Below, in pieces: positions 31,729-40,848 of a DNA stretch of 64,000 nt. This stretch comes from Candidatus Peregrinibacteria bacterium (GTDB lineage Bacteria; Patescibacteriota; Gracilibacteria; UBA1369): the NCBI GenBank assembly GCA_963708185.1, contig OY970195.1, positions 928,001 to 992,000 of the forward strand, read 5' to 3'. A model generated the notes under the pieces. That model searched no databases, was not told where the DNA came from, and saw only the letters and a program-made list of their open reading frames with translations. The position numbers and the translations under genes are program-made. Position 1 is the stretch's first letter. The number at the start of each line of letters is the position of its first letter.

Positions 31729-32247
31729 TTATATTGTCTTAAACCCAATTTTTCTTTTTGGTTGTTCTTCAGCGGCGAGCAACTGTTTGATGACTTTGAA
31801 GATAATCTTGAAGCGATTGTCGTATTTTTGCTCTATTTCCTCTATCTTTTCACGCAGTTCTTTGTTTGTAGCGAGCATTTCTCGAAGTTTGGTAAAAGTA
31901 CGCATGATTTGAATATTCACCTGGATTGCCCGTTCGCTGTGAAGGACACTTGACAGCATCGCGACGCCTTGTTCGGTAAAAACTAATGATTTTTTCCTTA
32001 TCCCTTTCTTTTTTGCGCTGGATATCACAATTTGTGATATCCAAATTTGCATTTCCTTCTCGGTTAATTGAAACATGAAATCTGCGGGAAAACGCTTTAT
32101 ATTTCTCCTAACAGCCTGGTTCAAAACCCTTGTTTCCACGCCATAAAGAATCGCCAAATCTTTATCAAAAATAACTTTCTTACCGCGTAGAAAAAATATT
32201 TTTGCCTGGATGATTTCGTCGTGAACGATCTGTTGTGATGATGCCAT
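31729..32247 (-). CDS. ORF6N domain DNA-binding protein
   Basis: RGKKVIFDKDLAILYGVETRVLNQAVRRN..RFPADFMFQL, FTEQGVAMLSSVL.SERA, KRKIGF. Confidence 0.9.
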   Translation of the reverse strand: MASSQQIVHDEIIQAKIFFLRGKKVIFDKDLAILYGVETRVLNQAVRRNIKRFPADFMFQLTEKEMQIWISQIVISSAKKKGIRKKSLVFTEQGVAMLSSVLHSERAIQVNIQIMRTFTKLREMLATNKELREKIEEIEQKYDNRFKIIFKVIKQLLAAEEQPKRKIGFKTI

Positions 32248-32326
32248 GGCGTTATTTTAGTGTCGTGGGATGAACGAAAGATAAACTTTTCTTAAATTAG
32301 CATTGATGGCTTGGCCTAATACATAT

Positions 32327-32363
32327 ACAAAAGGCCCCCGCCTTTGAGGGCGGGGGCCTTTGT
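32327..32363 (-). terminator. Rho-independent terminator of the S-layer gene (possibly bidirectional)
   Basis: 13-bp stem AAAGGCCCCCGCC/GGCGGGGGCCTTT, 6-nt loop, T runs on both strands. Confidence 0.85.
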
Positions 32364-32406
32364 TTGCATGTGAGACTTGCGTCTTTTATGCGACCGTCAG
32401 GTCAAA

Positions 32407-35400
32407 CTATGTTGTGACCTTAGCGGTGTAACCCTGCATAGCCGTCTGGAAGATATACGCGCCAGCACCGAGAATGTCTTGCTGGACGTTATCGCTCCAT
32501 TCGAGAGACAGAGGGTCAGAGACGACGCTTGCGGATACCTGGTTACCACCAGCACTTGGAACCATTGTTGAAGTGTCGCAGATAGCCTGGAGTTCAACAG
32601 TTGTTCCGTTAGCAATGGTGAGACCGTTCGTGTCGAATTCGAATGCTACGAATTCCGTAGCACCACCAGCTGTTGCAACGGTTGCGAGCGTCTGCGTACC
32701 ACCAGTGACTTTGTCAAGGCGGCAAGTAGAAGCGTTCAATGCAACGTTACCGGAAAGTTTCATCACGAGCTGGTTGCCAGAGTCAACCGACAAACCTGCA
32801 ATTGTAGCAGCTGTGTTGGAAACGTTTCCGTTTGCAGCGAATTTGACCTGGTCGCCGACAGCCGTAACGTTCATGTCAAGCAACACAGTGTTGCTGTTCG
32901 GACTGACTGCAGGAGCGCCAACCGGTACAAGATTTGCGACCTGAGGGATCGAACGGAAGAGCTTGCTGAGGTTGCCATGGAGCGGGAAGCGTGCGCTACC
33001 AGCAGCTGGCAAGAATGCAGCACCTGTTCCAAGAACCGGAACAACAGTATCGGCTGCGTTGTCGCAGACGGTAGTAGAACCGCCGAGGGTCGGATCAACG
33101 CAGAGGCTGTATCCGGTACCAGCGGCATTGCTGTACATATCGCCCTGGACTACGTCTGTACCTGCAGGGGATGCGACGGCAATGGTTGAACGTGTCACCG
33201 TAGCCCCGATGTTATGGGAAGCAACGACCGAGTTGGCGAAGCCTCTGATGACGTTGGCAGCCGGGAGAACCGCCGGGTCGGTGCTTACGTTCGCACCATT
33301 GTAGAACATGACTTCATTGTCAACATTGAAGACGTCACCCGCAGTGAAGGTAAGAGTTGAAGGGTTGGCGAATTCAATATTTTCAGTGGAGTGACCAGCC
33401 GTCAAGGTTGTGGTCATCGCCACGTTGAGTGCGCTGGTCTGGACGCCGGTGGTAGCCGGGTCGAGATCACCTGCGTATTTTGGCGCGATGTTTTCACCTG
33501 CTCCGCTGGTCACCTTGGTGAGGTTCAAGAGAGCCAAACCAATGTTGGAACCGGAAAGCGGCTGGGTCGTACCGTCGGTGTTCACCGTGCCGGTCGTAGC
33601 CAGTGCGCAGAGTGTGTAGGTTGCGTTCGAAGTCACAGCCTCGTTGAGGTCGGTGATCTTCACGACAGCGCCTGTACCAACCGGGGTCGGAACATAACCG
33701 CTGACGCTACCAACCTGTGTACCACCGCCGCAAAGATTAGCATTTGGGTTCTTGTAGAGTTTGACATTGCTGATGGTTGAACCAGATGTGCTTTCTACAG
33801 CGAACTGCATGTCTTTGAGCGTTGGGTTTTCATTCACGGAAGTGAATGTCCAGCGGCCGACTTCAACCTGCTGAGCACCTGCCAAAGCGGCAGAGTTCGA
33901 GCTGGAAGATGTGGCAACCGTACCGCTACCGCTACCAGCGACAGTCATGACGACTGAACCGGCACCGAGACCGCCGTTTTGAGCGTTGGTCACGATTGCG
34001 GAAGAAGCAACGGTCTGACCGTTCTGATCAATTGCCGTCACGTTCGTGTTGGAAGTGAGAGCAAACTTGATGTCGTTACCGGTAACACCGGTTGGAGCGA
34101 ACGGAGCGCTGTTGCTGATATGACCCTTCAAGGTCAGGTTGAGTGTCTGACCCTTTGGAACAACCAGGTTGAGGTTGTTGAACACAACGGTACCGTCGGC
34201 AGCGTTGATGTTCTTGAAGTCAGAGATCTTTGTTGTGCCATCGTAGAGGGCAACGCTGTTGTCCACGATGTTGTTTGCCTGAACGCCGTTTTCAGCGCCG
34301 GCAACGAACGTACCATCCTGGTTGTTATCAACGTAACCCGTCAACGTGATGCTCTTCAGGGTGTTGTCCAAAGACGAACCAGATGTAAGAGCGAGACCGA
34401 CCAATGCAGCATCGTTTGTACCGCGGGTGTAGGTCTGAGTTGTCGGAGTTGTAGCAAGGTTGATGGTAAGACCGGAAGCGCTGACATTGAAGAGGTTACC
34501 GGCAATATCTGCGTTCGGGGTGATGGAGTTGGCACCCAACTGGTCGCCGTTCACGTCGCGAACCGCGTCGGACTGGCCTACCAGGTTCAAGAGAGTACAT
34601 TTGAGCTGATCGCCATCCATGGCTGCGTTGGACGCAACATTGACGGTGACGGCAGCGTTGATGCTTTCACCCGAGTGGATGGTTGCATCACCGGAAAGGA
34701 TAACATCCTGAGATGAATCGCTTCCTGCAGTGCTCAATTCGTTGGATCCGAGCAGTGTTCCGCCCAGAGTACCGTCAGAATTGATTTCTGCGAGTTTGAT
34801 GAGGGTGTAGTTTGCAGTACCTGCGGTGTTATCAATGAGACCATTGAGTGGACCTACGGCACTTGTGATAGCGAGGTTAACTTTCCAGTCTTTGATGTCA
34901 ACGTCATCGCCAGCCTGGTTCGTAATGGTCAGGTCGAGACAGTGAGCTGTCTGCTGGCCGATTGCGATATCGCCTGCGGAAGGACCGTTGAAGGCAATGT
35001 TGAAGGCTGAACCCTTGACGGTTACATCAGAGAAGTTTGCAGGAGCTGAACCGTCGAATCCGGCAGTGTTGACCTGTTCGCCGAAGCCGAAGGTGCTACC
35101 AACCATGAGAAGGTCGGTGGTTTCATCAAGATAGGTCTTGATGTCATCTCCGTTGCGACCCTTTACGTCAGCAGTGACGAAGAAGATCTTTCTCTGGCCG
35201 CGTCCGATCTTGTATGGAGCGGTTGGAACGAAGGTTGCAAGGCTGTTGGTCGTAATGCTGTCAACAGTTGCAATTGGAGTTGTAGCGTTGTCCTCAGAGT
35301 ACAGCTTGAGGTTGCTCAAGTCTGTCGGGCGGATGGAACCGCGAACATAGAGGGCAATGCGCTGAAGGTTTGCATCTTCACTTCCATCCATTTCGATCTG

Positions 35401-36891
35401 GAACTGGGAAATGCGGGCCTGCTGCTGGCCAACGGTGATTTCATCAAGAGAACCGTTTGCAGTGAGGGTAGCAGTACCTACTGTACCACCTGCAACAGTC
35501 ATCAAGTTGCCGTAAAGCGGGAATGAACCGCCTACGCTGCTAGCATTTGTCGTGATAGCAGTCACAGCGTCGAGACCGAAGGAGTGCTGAGCAGCACCCT
35601 GAGCACCTACTGAAAGATCAGCAACCACGCAGAGTTTTGCCATACCACCAGCGGCAACGCTTACATTGATGTTGTTGAATTCAACGTTCTGAGTTTCAGA
35701 GTTGATCGTTCTGCCAGTTGTTAAACGAGCAGCATCGTTGTAAAGGTAGACGTTTGAGAAGTCACCCTGTGAACCAGGGCCACTGCGGTGAACAACCAAA
35801 GATTGTACAACCGTAGCGTCGGAACCCGCGGAGAAATCCCAGCAGGTGAAGACGATACCGGAAGCACCCTTTGGAGCTGCCATAGCAGCCGGAGTGTTCG
35901 GATCAAGAGCAACCGTCAAAGGACCGCCAACTCCAAGTGGGTTGTACCCATTGAAGTTTACGATGCCATTGTCGAGAGCTTTGCCGCTCGCAGACATCAC
36001 ACCGGTAACGGTGAGAGTATAAGGTCTGTTCGCAGTCTGTGAAGCTGTGGTCAAAGTGACCGTGTCAGCGCTCACGGAAGCAGCTGTTACAGCGAGGGTG
36101 TTGTTATTAGCATCCATAATGCTGTAGTTGGCTGGATCAGCACCGGTCGTAGGATCTACATCCTGGCTGAACATAACGTCAACCATGGTTGCAGAAGTCG
36201 CTGAAGCTGTCTGAGCATTGAATGCGCCAGATGAGCCACGTGGTACTGGGTTCATGGCACCAACAACCATCTTCGCGATTTCAGCGCGGTTGATGTTCTT
36301 GCCAGGACCAAAAGTACCATCAGGGTAACCGTCAACAACAGAGTTGTTGTAGAGGGTTTCGATGAAGCTGTAAGACCAGCGATCGGTTCCGACATCAGGG
36401 AAGTGTGGACCTCCGGTTGTGTCTGATGTCATAGCCATTGCGTTTACAGCCATCTTTGCGAACTGTTCGCGAGTGACTGAATCGCCAGGGCCGAAATTGC
36501 CGGTAAGGTTACCAGCAGTATCTTTGTAACCGCTAACAACACCATTTTTAGCAGCGGTTTCAACATATTGATAATACCAAGCGCCAGGAGCTACATCCTT
36601 GAAGGATGGACCGGCAGAAGTGTCGATTGTCAAACCAGCAGCCTCAACGAGAAGCTTTGCAGCTTCCGCACGATTTGCGAGGTCAGCAGGTCTGTACATT
36701 GTCTGTGTGGTATCGAGGATACCAGCAGCAGCAAGTTGTTCTACATAGGTGTAGAACCATGCATCAGCTGGAACGTCTGTGTAGGTAGCCGCTTGAGCAA
36801 CACCGCTTACCGCAAAAGATGCGAGCAATGTCACGATGCTAAGGCTAGCTACAAAACGGCGAGCTTTTTGCACACCTGTAGCAATATCCAT
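32407..36891 (-). CDS. Large S-layer protein: signal peptide, three SLH domains, long Ig/beta-rich region
   Basis: 1494 aa; signal peptide ending AQA; three SLH repeats (DVPADAWF..NRAE, DVAPGAWY..TREQ, DVGTDRWS..GYPDGTFGP..NRAE); T/G/A/N/S-rich. Confidence 0.9.
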   Translation of the reverse strand: MDIATGVQKARRFVASLSIVTLLASFAVSGVAQAATYTDVPADAWFYTYVEQLAAAGILDTTQTMYRPADLANRAEAAKLLVEAAGLTIDTSAGPSFKDVAPGAWYYQYVETAAKNGVVSGYKDTAGNLTGNFGPGDSVTREQFAKMAVNAMAMTSDTTGGPHFPDVGTDRWSYSFIETLYNNSVVDGYPDGTFGPGKNINRAEIAKMVVGAMNPVPRGSSGAFNAQTASATSATMVDVMFSQDVDPTTGADPANYSIMDANNNTLAVTAASVSADTVTLTTASQTANRPYTLTVTGVMSASGKALDNGIVNFNGYNPLGVGGPLTVALDPNTPAAMAAPKGASGIVFTCWDFSAGSDATVVQSLVVHRSGPGSQGDFSNVYLYNDAARLTTGRTINSETQNVEFNNINVSVAAGGMAKLCVVADLSVGAQGAAQHSFGLDAVTAITTNASSVGGSFPLYGNLMTVAGGTVGTATLTANGSLDEITVGQQQARISQFQIEMDGSEDANLQRIALYVRGSIRPTDLSNLKLYSEDNATTPIATVDSITTNSLATFVPTAPYKIGRGQRKIFFVTADVKGRNGDDIKTYLDETTDLLMVGSTFGFGEQVNTAGFDGSAPANFSDVTVKGSAFNIAFNGPSAGDIAIGQQTAHCLDLTITNQAGDDVDIKDWKVNLAITSAVGPLNGLIDNTAGTANYTLIKLAEINSDGTLGGTLLGSNELSTAGSDSSQDVILSGDATIHSGESINAAVTVNVASNAAMDGDQLKCTLLNLVGQSDAVRDVNGDQLGANSITPNADIAGNLFNVSASGLTINLATTPTTQTYTRGTNDAALVGLALTSGSSLDNTLKSITLTGYVDNNQDGTFVAGAENGVQANNIVDNSVALYDGTTKISDFKNINAADGTVVFNNLNLVVPKGQTLNLTLKGHISNSAPFAPTGVTGNDIKFALTSNTNVTAIDQNGQTVASSAIVTNAQNGGLGAGSVVMTVAGSGSGTVATSSSSNSAALAGAQQVEVGRWTFTSVNENPTLKDMQFAVESTSGSTISNVKLYKNPNANLCGGGTQVGSVSGYVPTPVGTGAVVKITDLNEAVTSNATYTLCALATTGTVNTDGTTQPLSGSNIGLALLNLTKVTSGAGENIAPKYAGDLDPATTGVQTSALNVAMTTTLTAGHSTENIEFANPSTLTFTAGDVFNVDNEVMFYNGANVSTDPAVLPAANVIRGFANSVVASHNIGATVTRSTIAVASPAGTDVVQGDMYSNAAGTGYSLCVDPTLGGSTTVCDNAADTVVPVLGTGAAFLPAAGSARFPLHGNLSKLFRSIPQVANLVPVGAPAVSPNSNTVLLDMNVTAVGDQVKFAANGNVSNTAATIAGLSVDSGNQLVMKLSGNVALNASTCRLDKVTGGTQTLATVATAGGATEFVAFEFDTNGLTIANGTTVELQAICDTSTMVPSAGGNQVSASVVSDPLSLEWSDNVQQDILGAGAYIFQTAMQGYTAKVTT

Positions 36892-37065
36892 AGGGGATAG
36901 TGAATTAGGAAATAAAGATAGATAAACAGAGATAGATATCGAAGGAAGATTCTAAGGCCTTGCCCGAAGGCTTGAATATAAGGCCTGCGTAAATTTAAGT
37001 ATAAATTTAACGAGAGAGCTTTTGGCTCTTACGAGTATATAAGGAGTACCTTAACCATTTTCCTT

Positions 37066-37078
37066 GTTTTCAAAGATC
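37066..37078 (-). promoter_or_regulatory. boxA-like antitermination motif in the S-layer leader
   Basis: Minus strand GATCTTTGAAAAC resembles rrn-leader boxA. Confidence 0.55.
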
Positions 37079-37265
37079 GAATTGGTATATCAACTGTCAG
37101 TATTTAGTTTGATGCGCTCGGCGGTGGCAGAGCCACACGCCTGCGCCCTCGCGCCATGCGCTCGGTGGTGCATTCGGATGCTTTTTTCGGCTTCTCTCTC
37201 AGGTTCGTACACGACATTCAGCACAGGGCACAAGTGCCCCTGTCCTGAAATGAGGTTCACGCGAA

Positions 37266-37294
37266 AATTTATCAAAACGGGCTATTAAAGTCAA
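37266..37294 (-). promoter_or_regulatory. sigma70-like promoter of the S-layer gene
   Basis: Minus strand TTGACT-17 nt-TAAATT with extended -10 TGn; implies a ~370-nt leader. Confidence 0.6.
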
Positions 37295-37511
37295 CAAATC
37301 ACAGTTGGCCTTTTCCGCAAGGAGCCTAGCATTTTTCCTTATGGGGGCCGGTCGGATTTTTGCTTGTCATTGCACTAATCTTTTTCGTGAGTGACTCGCC
37401 TTGTAGAACTTAAAAGGAATTTATTTGTTTCAAAAAATAGGGTGACAAAATTTAAAAATGTTTTATCCTTAGGTGCTTTTTGTATTTTTTGGGACCGTTG
37501 GGGTCGGTGAC

Positions 37512-37540
37512 TTGAAAGGCGGGTGGCGAGAGGGTATCAT
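37512..37540 (+). promoter_or_regulatory. sigma70 promoter of tRNA-Glu/dnaJ
   Basis: TTGAAA-17 nt-TATCAT, 13 nt before the tRNA. Confidence 0.7.
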
Positions 37541-37553
37541 CTCGAGGCTACTT

Positions 37554-37629
37554 GGTCCTATCGTCTAGTGGCCCAGGACGCCACCCTCTCACGGTGGAAA
37601 CACGGGTTCGACTCCCGTTAGGACTACCA
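37554..37629 (+). tRNA. tRNA-Glu(CTC)
   Basis: Acceptor GGTCCTA/TAGGACT + ACCA, anticodon arm CCACC-CT CTC AC-GGTGG, T loop TTCGACT. Confidence 0.95.
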
Positions 37630-37659
37630 AAAAATGCTTTCCGGATTTTAACTGACATC

Positions 37660-38799
37660 ATGGCAAAAGACCTTTACGAAATACTGGGAGTCGCCAAAGG
37701 AGCTTCCGATCAGGAGATTAAAAAAGCTTACCGCAAGCTGGCTTTGCAATACCATCCCGATAAAAACAAAGGCAATAAAGATGCCGAGACCAGGTTCAAG
37801 GAGATCAACCAGGCCTATGAAGTGCTTTCCGACAAGCAAAAACGCGCCCAGTACGATCAGTTCGGAGCCGCCGGAGCACAAGGCTTTGGAGGCGGCGGGC
37901 AGGGTTTCAACGGCCAGAACTTCGATTTTTCGCAATTCCAGGATATGGGCGGGTTCGCGGATATATTTGAAACGTTTTTCGGCCAGCAATCCGGACGTTC
38001 GCAGCGCAGGAAGCGCGGTCCGACGCCGGGGGAACACATCGAGTTCGAACTGAACATCAGTTTTGAGGAAGCGGTATTTGGAACCGAAAAAGAGCTTCTG
38101 GTGGAAAAAACCATCACCTGCGACCGCTGCAAGGGCACGGGCGCCGAACCGGGCAGTAAAAGCATCAGCTGTCCTTTGTGTAGGGGGACCGGAGAGATCC
38201 GCACGATACGGCAGACCCTTTTCGGGCAGATGGCGACCTCGCAGATCTGTCCCGACTGTTACGGAGAAGGCCACGTCCATGAAAAGAAGTGCACGCTCTG
38301 CCACGGTTCGACGCGCATCCGCAAGAACGAAAAAGTCCGCGTCAAAATTCCTGCAGGTGTGGACAACGGCTCCACGATCCGTTTGAGCGGCAAGGGCGAA
38401 GCCGGCATGTATGCCGGCGCTTCCGGCGACCTCTACGTCCATATCAAGGTGACGCCGAGCAAGAAGTTCATCCGCAACAACTACGATATTCATACGATTG
38501 TGAACATCCACCTCATCCAGGCGGTGCTCGGCGACGACGTGGAAGTGGAAACCATCCACGGCAAAGTGAAGTTGAAGATTCCCGCGGGCACCCAGAGCGG
38601 TAAAGTCTTCAAACTCAAAAATTACGGCGTCCAAAAACTGAAGTCCGACGACAAAGGCGACCATTACGTCAAAGTCATCGTGGATATTCCAAGTAAACTT
38701 TCGCGCAAGGAAAAGGAACTTTACACCCAGCTCGCCGAGGAAGCCCACCTTCATACCAGAGGCGGGAAGGATGGTTTGTTCAGTAAAATCATGGGGTGA
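37660..38799 (+). CDS. dnaJ: Chaperone DnaJ
   Basis: J domain with HPD, G/F region, four CxxCxG repeats; start at ATG 37660 because the upstream part of the ORF is the tRNA. Confidence 0.97.
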   Translation: MAKDLYEILGVAKGASDQEIKKAYRKLALQYHPDKNKGNKDAETRFKEINQAYEVLSDKQKRAQYDQFGAAGAQGFGGGGQGFNGQNFDFSQFQDMGGFADIFETFFGQQSGRSQRRKRGPTPGEHIEFELNISFEEAVFGTEKELLVEKTITCDRCKGTGAEPGSKSISCPLCRGTGEIRTIRQTLFGQMATSQICPDCYGEGHVHEKKCTLCHGSTRIRKNEKVRVKIPAGVDNGSTIRLSGKGEAGMYAGASGDLYVHIKVTPSKKFIRNNYDIHTIVNIHLIQAVLGDDVEVETIHGKVKLKIPAGTQSGKVFKLKNYGVQKLKSDDKGDHYVKVIVDIPSKLSRKEKELYTQLAEEAHLHTRGGKDGLFSKIMG

Positions 38800-38889
38800 A
38801 GCCGTGTGCGCGGCTGGAATTTTCGATTGCAGCTTTTCAGTAAACTCATGTTCGGGTATAATTGTGGTCAACTGCTTTAGTTACTTCCG

Positions 38890-39459
38890 ATGAACCTCCA
38901 TCTGTCCTGGGATCTTTTCATTCTTGTTTTTTTCGCGGTTGTCGTCGCCTACAGTTTTATTATCGGCAGAAACCAGACGCTCAAGGTCATCCTCGGGACG
39001 TACGTTTCCATTCTGTGCGCGGACGGTCTCGGAAATCTGTTCGCCAGATACCTCGCGCCGTCGCAGGCTTTTCTGCGTTTCATGAAACTTTTCGCCGTGG
39101 GCAGTGAAGACCAGGCCATCATCTTTTTCAAGGTGCTGATTTTCCTGGTGCTCATCGTTCTGATTTCGATCCGCGGGATGTTCCAGGTTGAATCGGAAGA
39201 GCACGGTTCGATGAGCGTGAGAATCATCGTGCTGTTTTTGCTGGGACTCATGAGCGCGGGGTTGATGATGAGCACGGTGCTCGTTTTCATTTCCGGCTCT
39301 TCGTTGATCGGAACGGATATCACCGGCGGGAATATTCTGCTGGAAGTTTACAACGATTCACGCCTGGTGAGGATCATGGTGGATTTTGCCAACGTCTGGT
39401 TCTTTTTACCCGGAATAGCTTTCATAATTCTCGGCATCCTCCACAAAAAATCGGCTTGA
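38890..39459 (+). CDS. Multi-TM hypothetical membrane protein (possibly CvpA-like)
   Basis: 189 aa, ~5 hydrophobic helices, N-terminal WDLFIL. Confidence 0.7.
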   Translation: MNLHLSWDLFILVFFAVVVAYSFIIGRNQTLKVILGTYVSILCADGLGNLFARYLAPSQAFLRFMKLFAVGSEDQAIIFFKVLIFLVLIVLISIRGMFQVESEEHGSMSVRIIVLFLLGLMSAGLMMSTVLVFISGSSLIGTDITGGNILLEVYNDSRLVRIMVDFANVWFFLPGIAFIILGILHKKSA

Positions 39460-39484
39460 AAAACTGAAGCGTCATCCGTAGAAT
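39456..39484 (+). promoter_or_regulatory. sigma70 promoter of tRNA-Lys
   Basis: TTGAAA-17 nt-TAGAAT. Confidence 0.65.
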
Positions 39485-39557
39485 GATGGGGCTTTTTTCA
39501 TGTGAAGGCGATTTACGTGGGTCAGTAGCATAAGCTACAGCCCCACGTTGCACTCTT

Positions 39558-39633
39558 GGGTCAGTAGCTCAGTCGGTAGAGCAGCTCCCTTTTAAGGAGA
39601 TGGTCCCCGGTTCGATCCCGGGCTGACCCACCA
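39558..39633 (+). tRNA. tRNA-Lys(TTT)
   Basis: Acceptor GGGTCAG/CTGACCC + ACCA, D arm GCTC/GAGC, loop CT TTT AA, T loop TTCGATC. Confidence 0.95.
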
Positions 39634-39766
39634 GGTTTTCAAAAAAATTTTACTTACGCGACCACACCTCTGCGCAGTGAAGCAAGGTGGTTTTTGGGTA
39701 AGCGCTTGATTACACAAGCATGAAATTACTATAATGAGACATCTTTTATCCCGTCATTTTATTTTC

Positions 39767-40198
39767 ATGGCTGAAACTCTTCTCACGATCCAGGAAGCGG
39801 CTGCCATAACAGGAAAATCCATCCAGACGATCCGCCGCGCCATCAAAGCACGCAAGATTACTTCCAAGAGAAAAAAGACTCCGCAGGGGTTTAACTACAT
39901 GGTTACCCAGGACAGCGTCGCTTCGTTCTACAAAGTGAATATGAGAGCGTTCAACAAAGATCGTGAACAAGGGTCCGTGAAAGAGAAAGGGGTCAGCAAA
40001 GACGGCGCGTACGCCACACTCCATGACCTGCAATCCCTTGAAAAAGAGGTCGCGGGGCTTCTTGATGAATACAAAAAAGAAAAGGAAAGCTTTATGCGCT
40101 TCATGAAAGCGTTCCAGGAACGCTTCGTGGTTTTGGAAAACCAGCTGAAGCTCCTGGAAGAGCCCAAGAAGAGGTCGTGGTATCAGTTTTGGAAGTAG
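39767..40198 (+). CDS. MerR/excisionase-like HTH + coiled-coil protein with aromatic C-terminal tail
   Basis: LLTIQEAAAITGKSIQTIRRAIK; coiled coil; ends KKRSWYQFWK; TTGATT-18-TATAAT promoter at 39706-39735. Confidence 0.8.
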   Translation: MAETLLTIQEAAAITGKSIQTIRRAIKARKITSKRKKTPQGFNYMVTQDSVASFYKVNMRAFNKDREQGSVKEKGVSKDGAYATLHDLQSLEKEVAGLLDEYKKEKESFMRFMKAFQERFVVLENQLKLLEEPKKRSWYQFWK

Positions 40199-40202
40199 AA
40201 CT

Positions 40203-40826
40203 TTATTGTATAAGCACTGCGCGGGCAGGAGCGCCGTCGAGGCCTTTTGTGCGCAACGGTAAGCCGATAAAAAAGTAGCGGCCGGGTTTGATTTTGGAAA
40301 GGTCCAGGCCTTCAAAAATTGGGATGTTCTTTTTGAGCAGTGAGGTATGCGGGCGGTTGTCGGGACTGCCTTTTTGTTTGATGGAAAGGTAGTCGATACC
40401 GAAGAGGCGGATGTTTTTTTGGGCGAGGTAATCGGCCGCGTCGCCGTCCAGATACACGTAGTCCTTGTAAAAGTTTTTGAAGCCTCGTTTGGAGTTGGAG
40501 GTTTTGACGAGAATGCGTTCGCCTTTTTTGACGCGGGCTTTCCGGAGGTTTTTGACGGTAATACCTTTTTTGACTTTGGTCATGTCCAAGACGCGACATT
40601 CGCCGATGAGACTTTGGATATCCAGGGAATCAACGCCCTTGCCTTTGGGAAAAACGTGCTTTGGAGCATCCACATGCGTTCCGGCGTGGGAGCCGATGGT
40701 GATTTCCGAACTCACTGAGGTGCGGCTGTTGATGGGTCTGGCACGGAATTCGGTGTTTTCCGGGTACACGGCCATGCCCTGGTAGAGCGGGAGCGAAATG
40801 TCGTAGACTTTGAAATCTTTTTTCAT
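40203..40826 (-). CDS. Cyclase family protein (kynurenine formamidase-like)
   Basis: HAGTHVDAPKH, GIDYLS, EGLDL, DGAPARAVL. Confidence 0.92.
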   Translation of the reverse strand: MKKDFKVYDISLPLYQGMAVYPENTEFRARPINSRTSVSSEITIGSHAGTHVDAPKHVFPKGKGVDSLDIQSLIGECRVLDMTKVKKGITVKNLRKARVKKGERILVKTSNSKRGFKNFYKDYVYLDGDAADYLAQKNIRLFGIDYLSIKQKGSPDNRPHTSLLKKNIPIFEGLDLSKIKPGRYFFIGLPLRTKGLDGAPARAVLIQ

Positions 40827-40848
40827 GGAAGAGCGAGTGATGATGCCA

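Noticed and set aside
30182-32247. Possible mobile element or prophage remnant (VapBC, ORF6N)
   Set aside because: No integrase, transposase, terminal repeats or phage genes were seen
37110-37172. Direct repeat as a mini CRISPR array
   Set aside because: Only two 15-nt copies and no cas genes; treated as part of the leader structure
37090-37275. 61-aa ORF in the S-layer leader as a leader peptide
   Set aside because: Its TTG start lies inside the predicted promoter, upstream of the TSS, and it has no recognisable features
37369-37397. CIRCE-like element upstream of dnaJ (ATTGCACTA-N11-GAGTGACTC)
   Set aside because: Wrong spacing, several mismatches, and it lies upstream of the tRNA promoter
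37552-37659. N-terminal extension of DnaJ
   Set aside because: It is the tRNA-Glu sequence read in frame
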